From Epithemia pelagica (lineage: Eukaryota; Protista; Bacillariophyta): a stretch of 64,000 nucleotides of DNA. The notes beneath the pieces were generated by a model, which saw only the letters and a list, made by a program, of their open reading frames with translations, had not been told where the DNA came from and made no database searches. A program made the translations under genes and the position numbers. Positions 56,388-64,000 of the stretch are shown here, piece by piece (the first letter of the stretch is position 1; every line of letters starts with the position of its first letter). The stretch lies in NCBI GenBank assembly GCA_946965045.2, contig OX337228.1:372001-436000 (forward strand), written 5' to 3'.

Positions 56388-57733
56388 TCACGAAAATTGG
56401 CTAGATGACGTTGACGAGCACGATAAGCCGCGTCTTGCACAGAAGGCAACGGCTCAGCCAACGACGGATCAACCGGTGGATTGTCGTCTGTGTTGGTGCC
56501 TTCAGAGGCATGCTGGTCGGAGCCAGATCCAGAACGACGGGGAACAGCGCCCCAACTGGAACCAGTAGGGCGAGATTCTCCAGATGAGGGAGTTCCCTGG
56601 CCACGAGAGCCTTGACCATTACGGCCTTGGTTCTGAGAACCATTGTTGGGCTGAGACCCAGTAGGGGTGCGAAGACCAGACCCGGTACGGGCAAGAAAGG
56701 CGTTGAAATGCTCTTGGTTAAAATTGGAGGATTGCGGGTTGTAGATGCAGTTGGCCCAAGTATGATTTGCGTGCGAAGAAATCGTGTCCTTGTAAGGACA
56801 GGCATCGCCGTCATTGACTGGACGATCACCGGACGCTTGGCGTTCACCATTGGTGTGGCGATTGCCGCCGCGGAGACCGCCACGACCACCATTAGAGGAG
56901 CGGAAATGCTTGGAGGAAGAACCACGAGAAGTGGAATCATCGCGAGGATTGCGGGACTTGGCCTGCGACTGTGTATTGGCAGCCATCTTTTCTTGAGAGG
57001 CCCGTTGATAGCCACGCATTGCTTGAAGGAGGTCGGTGACATTGAAATGATTCACCAGATCTGCAACCAAGGGATTGGCCGTCTTGAAGTCGTTGCGCCA
57101 AGCAACCGGGGAGCCAAGATAGAAGGCTTGCTTCAGCTCATCGTCGGTGAGAGCCTGAACAGCGTTGTCGTTAGACAAATAACGGAGACCGTTCGAAATC
57201 TTTTGGAGGGTGTGATAATGAATATCAACGGTCATGTCAGGTGGCTTGCGAGGACCGCAAAGGAGGTGTGCCCGGAAGGCGTTGACTTCGGAAACAGTCA
57301 ACTTGGGTTCGAAGATTGTAGCAATCAACTGTTTAAAACACGCTTCATCAAGGTCAGCGCCATCAGGCAGGGCCTGAAATGCAACATGGAACTTGTCCGC
57401 AATGAGACTTGTGGTAACAACACGAGGAAAGTAGGTGCAACAGGCAGCAAAGGGCTCTGGATGACCGGAGATCTTGACCTTGTCAACAAAATGGAGGACC
57501 CAAAGGAAGAGATTCGAGGGCTCTTCATCCACGCCATCTCGAAATGGCATGAGACGGACATAGTACTTGTCATCGTTGTCGTCTTTCATCTTGAGGGTGG
57601 AAAGAGCAGAGGAAGAATCTGAAGCCGAGGCTTGATCAAAGCGCTTTTGGAAGCGTTGAACATCCGCAATGGAGACGAGGGAAGATCCTGTGCTCATGAT
57701 GAGACTGCAAAGAAAGGGAAGAAAAGGAATCAA
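56168..57733 (-). CDS. gag: Gypsy gag-like ORF
   Basis: Position after the 5' LTR; RKPPDMTV, ELKQAFY..P..W; CPY..H.W..C knuckle-like motif. Confidence 0.8.
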   Translation of the reverse strand: MIPFLPFLCSLIMSTGSSLVSIADVQRFQKRFDQASASDSSSALSTLKMKDDNDDKYYVRLMPFRDGVDEEPSNLFLWVLHFVDKVKISGHPEPFAACCTYFPRVVTTSLIADKFHVAFQALPDGADLDEACFKQLIATIFEPKLTVSEVNAFRAHLLCGPRKPPDMTVDIHYHTLQKISNGLRYLSNDNAVQALTDDELKQAFYLGSPVAWRNDFKTANPLVADLVNHFNVTDLLQAMRGYQRASQEKMAANTQSQAKSRNPRDDSTSRGSSSKHFRSSNGGRGGLRGGNRHTNGERQASGDRPVNDGDACPYKDTISSHANHTWANCIYNPQSSNFNQEHFNAFLARTGSGLRTPTGSQPNNGSQNQGRNGQGSRGQGTPSSGESRPTGSSWGAVPRRSGSGSDQHASEGTNTDDNPPVDPSLAEPLPSVQDAAYRARQRHLANFRDWLVSAMPIERSPVCVLLPFLLHPLRMSLIILMFFLLSNVTSRLAFHRLCRPRMPSSGPNPQGPPTIVQDLRA

Positions 57734-57824
57734 AGGATGATGAGATCAACGAGGATCGGTCAAAGAACGGTAAGTGGTTATGGTGAAAGAGTGCTGGGGG
57801 AAGTTTTCGAACTTCTGATCAGAG

Positions 57825-58040
57825 TGCCATACCCATGTAAAATAGCATGGTATAGAAATTGTGATCTTTAGGAATTAGGAGGAATTAGGGGGAATGAGGA
57901 ATCCACAGTGCCACGTGCGACGAGAAATGACTGGAGGAGGAACAGCCAAATGGTGGGAGATTCATGTCGCAGTGTCAAGAACGCGAACCGGGAATGGAAC
58001 GTGACGACACGTATGGCGGGATCCATATAGGGGTACCGCA
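57825..58040 (-). repeat. Gypsy 5' LTR (216 bp)
   Basis: TG...CA; matches 51351-51413 + 52524-52676. Confidence 0.93.
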
Positions 58041-58859
58041 GTAAGTAGTTACTACAAGATGTTTCCGATAATTTTTGATAGGAGTAGAATCCGTCGCACA
58101 ACTTATACTATATGGTAGAGTCGTCTCGATAAGGAGTACAGCTTCTCGTGTCTTGTGGTTGATTCACTTAACACACCGCAGACAAGACTCAGGTTCGGTC
58201 TTATGGGAGCGTGATACCATCTACCATCTCATATCATAATTTTTGCGCGCGTGTCCTGACATGGCAGCGTGATAAGATGATGAAGATGAATATCATGCGC
58301 AAATTTTTGACGCATGTGATATTCATCCTTATCATCTTATCACGCTGGAGAATATCTTCCAGCTACCCAGAAGCTGAGGGTGAGTCATTAGTCGCACATG
58401 AGTCGAAGCACTACGTGCATTCGTATACTCACCCCCTTGGCGCGAGGTCCTTTTTTGGCGATTTCTCGATTCTGATTTCTGATACAAACCTCATTGCACC
58501 TCAACACAGTCACCACGGCCACCAACGAGTGAGGTTCATTTCACCACCCATCCTTGTTTCCAAGCTGATCCAAAGTCCGATACCCCTAACAACACCTTCT
58601 AGGTCATCTACTTGGCCAACACAAGGCATTTGAGTTTGTATGGACACGTCCCATTCTACTATAGCTCCTCGGAATGGAAGTAGGATTTTCGTCTAATATA
58701 GCCTTATATTGCCCACGACGGCCGCGCTCTCATACGCGAGCAAGTGCGGAGCTAAACAAGCTAGTGCGGAGCAAAAAAAACAGTCCTGGGAAAAAAGTGT
58801 GACAGTTAATTAGGGGGGGGGACTCGGAGGTTATAGAAGCAAGCGACATCCCCTCCTGG

Positions 58860-59040
58860 TCGTGGGGGCACTTGTCGGGGCTATTGACTCCTCGGCGGGC
58901 AATAGCTCCTCGTCGTGGACCGCCAAATCCGCTGACGCGGATTTAGAAGGCGGTCCACTTCTCGGAGCTATTGCCCTTCTCGGAGTCAATAGCCCCTCCT
59001 CGTGCCTCCCCACTCCGCGGAGCGGATGTAGAATTACTAC
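58860..59040. repeat. Diverged Crypton-like terminal stem-loop region
   Basis: Same layout as 6500-6675, ending GTAGAATTAC (cf. GTAGATTTAC). Confidence 0.8.
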
Positions 59041-60490
59041 TACACTCGACACAAACCGCATCCAATCGAATAAGATGTCTGTCTACCCCGAAAACTTTTT
59101 CTTTTTCTGACTGGCATGGCAAGAAAGCCCGTCCGTGGCAACTCCAAGCCTGTGAAGGTGTGCTCCATCGTCACCTTGCATCCCTCCAACCATCCTTCTC
59201 GTTCGGTCAATTAATATGAATCAATACTAAACGAATTTATTTTTTATTTCAATGATTGCTTGTATGCTTCCAAATAATTTATTGCTCGGTCCAGTTTGTC
59301 TCCTACTGCTGTTCCATCGTCGTTTCCATTGCCTCCATCATCTTCCATTGCTTCCAATCTCTGAAAAAGCTTGTATCGGATGTCAAAGTCAAAGATTGAG
59401 GGGACACCGACGATGACGACACAAGAGTCAATGGAGGATTGAATTTCGACAAGTCGCCGGTACTTTGCATGATAGAGGTGGATGTCATCGAATTTGTACA
59501 ACGAGGCCTCCCTCTGTGATCTTCTTCACTGGCTGGGGAATTGACGAGTTCTTGTGCTTGCTGGTTTCTTGTGTTGCTCGGCAGCGACAGGAGGAGGGGA
59601 TTGCTGTTGTGGTGGTCCTCGGGGATCAGTATGAAGAGGAGTGTTGGGAGAAGGGGCAAGGGTTGGAATGGTATACAAGGATGCACTAGGTGGATTGTTC
59701 GCATTTGATTGTTCGGTTCCCTGGTTGCCCATAGCACCACGATTGTTGGCCGTCTCAGTGGGATTGGCTAGTGGTTGCTGTTTTGCAACAGAAGATGATG
59801 GTAGGATGTGCATTGCCTTTGGAGGAGAAGATTGAGTGCCAAACTCCACATGACCGAAGGATCCACGTCTGTTTCAAAGAATGTCGAAGAGAGCCTTGTC
59901 TGTCCAGGCTGTGGATTCGAGGAAGAATTGATGGGAGCTGCTTCGGTAGCAGAGGAAAGACTGGCAGGAGCCGCGTGGGGAAAAGAAGGATGGGAGGTAA
60001 CACGAATCTGAGGTCTTGTGGAGTTGCTATGCACCGAAGGGATGGTCGACAGAGAGGTGGCAGCAGCAGCGTCCAAAAAGATGGACGGTTCCGGTCTTCC
60101 CGTGGTGCCGGCAGCTTGATACGGGGGGTTGTTCACCAAAGGGGTCCTGTATGGGGAATTGGAGGAGGTCGCATCACCCCTGTTGGAAGAAGGTAGAGGG
60201 AAAGGAGAGGAGGAGTCATTCGGCAATGTAGAGGTCGGATGGCTTTTGGCAATTCTCTATTCTCTCTATACCGTCTCTATCGGACGCCGTGGACCTTTCG
60301 AAAATGCGATGAGCCGCAAAGGCTTTCCTGACATCCTTTTGGGAACTACGGTGCCGTTTGTGTGAAGAAGAAGTCGACATTCGGAGTGTTACAGACCACT
60401 GCACCTCCACTACCGTGATGAATGAAGGGAGGTAATGTGAAATTTGTATCAGAATCGAGAGCTTGGGCCTCGCGCCAAGGGGGTGAGTAA

Positions 60491-61489
60491 CAGGGTTTGG
60501 AAGTCTGACTTTGGACAACACCAAACTTTAAGACTTTAACACCAACTTCAAGACTTTAGGACTATCCAAAGTCAAGTCATTCAACTTTGTAGCACTGACT
60601 TTACGCACAAAGTCAAGTCAGCCCTCCGCATCGCCTCGACTTCACGCCCCCCACCAAGTAAAGTCAAGTCATAGCATACAGAACACTGACTTTAACGCCC
60701 AAAGTCAAGTTCCTATCATACCACTTCCGACTTTATCCACACAAGTCAAGTCTCAGTAGTAGTACTCGCTGACTTTACCCACACAAGTTAAATGACAGTG
60801 CTAGTACCCCTATAACCCACTAGGAAAATGGTGTCAGAGATGGAATCAAGTCTGGCTTTGTAGTCATTGATGGTAACATCGACTTGTGTCTTCATTAGCG
60901 CAAAGAAAGAGAATGGAGTGTGTTCTAGGGAGATGATTATATTGCAAGAACTGCATACTGAAAGATGGGGTCTATAGGGTGTCGAGTGTCGATGGTTCAT
61001 GGTCCACGGCAATTGGAGAGTGATGGAGGATGGAGGTGCTTCGGTTCTTTACTGGGCACTGGGCAATGCTGACTGCTGACTATTGGGCAGTGTTGCAAGT
61101 GTGCACTTCTGTCTCACGTCTAAAGTCTAAACAACAAATACCCATGGTGGTTGTGTGTTATAGAGACTTTATGTCGTAAAGTCTGAGACTTAAAGTCAAA
61201 GTCTGTAAAGTCAAAGAGCCTAAAGTCAAGTTGCTTTCGCGAGACAGAGACTTTGACTTTGGATGAAAGTCAAAGTCAAGTTCAGGATTCCATGCAGGTT
61301 GAGTTTACACGTAAAGTCAAGTCGATGGGGGGTGCGGGAAAGAATTTGGAAAACTGTAAAGTTGAAGTCAAGTTCCTAGTTGTTAGATAGCGACTCAGAA
61401 AGTACAAGTTAAGTCAGAGTACATTTTATTAGAGACTTTAGCTGTAAAAGTCAAGTTCGTATGCCTGGTAACGTGACTTCCAAACCCTG
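60491..61489. mobile_element. 999-bp non-autonomous hAT MITE
   Basis: TIR CAGGGTTTGGAAGTC; 8-bp TSD GTGAGTAA (60483-60490, 61490-61497); dense AAAGTCAAG/GACTTT subterminal repeats. Confidence 0.95.
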
Positions 61490-61621
61490 GTGAGTAACAG
61501 GAAGTACCTTCAGGTACGACTTATATGCGACTAAATACACACCCTCAGCTTGGGGGTAATCTTCCAGCGTGCAAAAATTATGATATGAGATGATATCACG
61601 CTCCGATAAGACCGACCCTCA

Positions 61622-61810
61622 GGGCCCACTCTTTCGACGCGCAAAAGCATGATTTTGGTGCGCATGCTCACCAAAACGCGATTCGTCTCGATAAGGAGTA
61701 CAACTTCTTGAGGTTGATTCACTTAACACACCGCAGACAAGACTCAGGGCCCATTCTATCGACGAGCAAAAGCGCGATTTTGGTGCTCATGCTCACCAAA
61801 ACGCGATTCG
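61622..61810. repeat. Two direct copies of the MITE-1 end module, 125 bp apart
   Basis: GGGCCCA at 61622 and 61747, each preceded by TCA and followed by the TTTTGGTG..CACCAAAA hairpin. Confidence 0.8.
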
Positions 61811-62039
61811 GAAGCAAAAAAACTGCTAAGACGGTAACTTATCAGGCTACTTTTTGGTGCGGGGGCAGGTGCGAGTGCGAGGGGGGACTCCAAATCTAAA
61901 AATTTAGCGCGGGCGCTCGCAAAAATTGCGTGCAAGTCACTGCGGGCATGCAAGGGCTGTGAGGGCAACGTTTTGCTGCCAATGCTACTCGGAGCAACAA
62001 AAAGCAGAGTGTTTGTTTTTGTTGGGTTCGACCATCATC

Positions 62040-64000
62040 ATGAGCACCTCTTCTGTCCCTATTGTCACACAGTACAGCCAAGCCTCTCAACAACAAACTC
62101 AATCTGATGCAGGTGGTGGTGTTTCCAGAGGTGTTGCTAGTGGTGATGTAGCCGGGAAAGCCCAGCTTGTAGAAGAAAATGATCCACGCGTCGCTCCAAA
62201 CTCAAATTTCCATCGTCTACCTGACTTCAAACACGGCCATCGTCTCCCAAGAAAATGTCCGTCCAACGATGTGCTCACTTGTACTTGGCCGCAGCGGCCC
62301 AACGGAACAACAAAGGAGGGGGGTACCAAACAAACCCAAAACAAAATAGAACCCATCCAAATGCATATATTTTAGAGTGGGTATCACCAAACTTGCTGTA
62401 GAACCATGATAAAACGTTCAGGCTGAAAAAGTAGTGGATTCTCACTGGTTGCGTGTCGTATCACTCAGTTCCTTACTTCAAAGTCCCAACTTGGTTCTAC
62501 GCATCCTGAGAGTCACCAGGTACATTTCGGTGGCAGCCTTGGAACAAGAACAACCACAACCGCAAACACAGAACAAAACCACCACCAATAATACAAAAGA
62601 TACTCATCATGTGCGGGTCTTGAACTTTGTGGCCGAAATTGTGGAATGTGCCTTCCACAATCGAGGTGCCGACCGAATTTCGGGAAAGGTCCAACGCTTT
62701 GTGCGACAAACGGGTTTGCCACATGCCGCTGTGCAACGAATTGCCCGTGTCGTGTTTCAAGCCATGGCCTATGAAAACATGTTGGCCTTTGAAGTCGGCA
62801 ACAATACCTTGCTCATTCGGGATTTACAACAAGCCGGTGCGTCTCCACCCCATTCCTGGTTCGGACCCAGTCCCCATATCGGTCAAGACCGGTGTATTTT
62901 GAATACGCAGAAAATTGTGCAAATGGTCCTGGATATTGTGGAACCCAACCAAAAGCTCATTGGGAGACCGGGCTTTTGGGGCATTGAATTTGACGAACTC
63001 CGTCGTCCGGCCACGGGCATTCGGGGAGATTTGGACGAAACCTTGGCGGGAAAAATTCTACCCGAAGTGATTGCCATTGCGTGGGCCGCTCCCTGGCACC
63101 AATTGCCGGAGGTCCCACAACTCCTCCCAGTCCTCCACATGCTGCATCAACAGGTCCGAACCCGTGGCCAGGACTGCACAGCGCCCGTTCCAGTCGCTCT
63201 CACGTTTGGTCTGCATGCCATGCTCACCGCCATTTTGGTCATTCAAGAAAATGGAGATTTAGCACGGTTGGCCTCGTACACCATACAATCCTACAACAAA
63301 CTCTTTTCGCAGTTGCAGCGGATACAGGAAGATCCTTCCAAATCTTCGTCATCATCGTCACCTGGAACACAGAATGCGCCCACCTTTTATGCCAATGTAC
63401 AACTGTTTGGCAATGTAGTTCATTTTGCCCAGCCAGTGTCTGCCACAAACTACGATACTCGACTAGCCTTTTTGGATCCTTCCGAAACGGAGCGACTGGC
63501 CTGTTGGAACCCGGTAGTGGGTGGAGAGTACCTGCTGTATGGAACCTACATGTGCTCCATCGCTCTTGGGTCCGCTACCATTGATTCCTTGGGACAACTT
63601 CGAATGACCCTCCACTTGTATCATGCAATGAAATCCCAACTGTCTCCATCACAGATGGATGAACTAAAAGTACCCTTTCTGGAGAATCTCGACCAGGTCT
63701 TTTCCAAGACCAAGGCAATCTGGGTAGCAGGACGTGCCCTAGTAGAAAAGGGTTCCTTTTCCAAACAGTTTTGGATGGCCTGGGGTATGAGCTCGACACA
63801 GGCATCCCAGCAGGCCTCTTCCGTATTGGGTGGTGACGAGCAGGAGCCTTTTGCTGCCTCTCTGCAACGACGTGCACAAATGAATAGCCGATTGCCGGAC
63901 CAAGGTCTCAGGTATGATGATGATGAGATATGCTGCGTTTTCCCTTTTTCCACTTTTCTGTGCTTTCTTGAGTGACATGTGTACATAGTATTGTAAAACA
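62040..64000 (+). CDS. Hypothetical multi-exon protein, copy 2, probably with the native 5' end; runs off the window
   Basis: ATG at 62040 (MSTSSVPIV...) reads through the duplication junction; 513-aa ORF 62434-63975 as in copy 1. Confidence 0.6.

Larger units (their letters stand above)
51351..58040 (-). mobile_element. Ty3/Gypsy LTR retrotransposon, degenerate
   Basis: TG...CA LTRs 57825-58040 and 51351-52676 (split); PPT AGGGAGAGGTAGAG next to the 3' LTR; order gag-PR-RT-RH-IN; several frameshifts; no TSD. Confidence 0.93.
58364..61558. mobile_element. 3.2-kb non-autonomous TA-ended TIR element, 10-bp TSD
   Basis: TIR TACCC(AG/CC)AAGCTGAGGGTG(A/T)GT..TTAGTCGCA; TSD ATCTTCCAGC (58354-58363, 61559-61568). 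Confidence 0.9.
58192..61618. mobile_element. Foldback MITE-2 (Harbinger-like, about 220 bp when empty) hosting nested insertions
   Basis: About 55-bp TIR starting GG(T/G)TCGGTCTTAT(G/C)GGAGCGTGATA; TCA on both sides (58189-58191, 61619-61621); central palindrome about 58268-58346. Confidence 0.75.

Noticed and set aside
54079-57622. Long plus-strand ORFs over the Gypsy element
   Set aside because: Antisense to gag/pol with no independent motifs.
1-64000. rRNA, tRNA, snRNA or a prokaryotic/viral island
   Set aside because: No recognisable RNA-gene motifs. Introns and eukaryotic TE superfamilies occur throughout.

Overview
Eukaryotic DNA with short GT-AG introns, most consistent with a diatom; the species cannot be named from sequence. 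The window is a transposon-saturated, segmentally duplicated region. A host cassette (glycosyltransferase-like gene, truncated FucT 5' copy, Kelch gene, GT10 fucosyltransferase, Crinkler-like NTPase-nuclease) occurs twice as an inverted duplication (1-14904 vs 23880-45772). Each arm was invaded independently. Arm 1 holds a tyrosine-recombinase (Crypton-like) element with a 6-exon gene. Arm 2 holds a CoDi-type Copia element and a 6.9-kb hAT transposon that carries an intact endonuclease III (Nth/NTHL1)-like DNA glycosylase. The spacer holds a decayed 6.5-kb TIR element encoding a RAG1/Transib-like transposase convergent with a BAH-like ORF. The right third has a near-identical direct duplication (48082-49852 vs 62230-64000), a degenerate Gypsy element, and nested MITEs including a TA-ended family with 10-bp TSDs. 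All protein assignments are motif recognition by eye, not database searches. No rRNA, tRNA or CRISPR array was seen.
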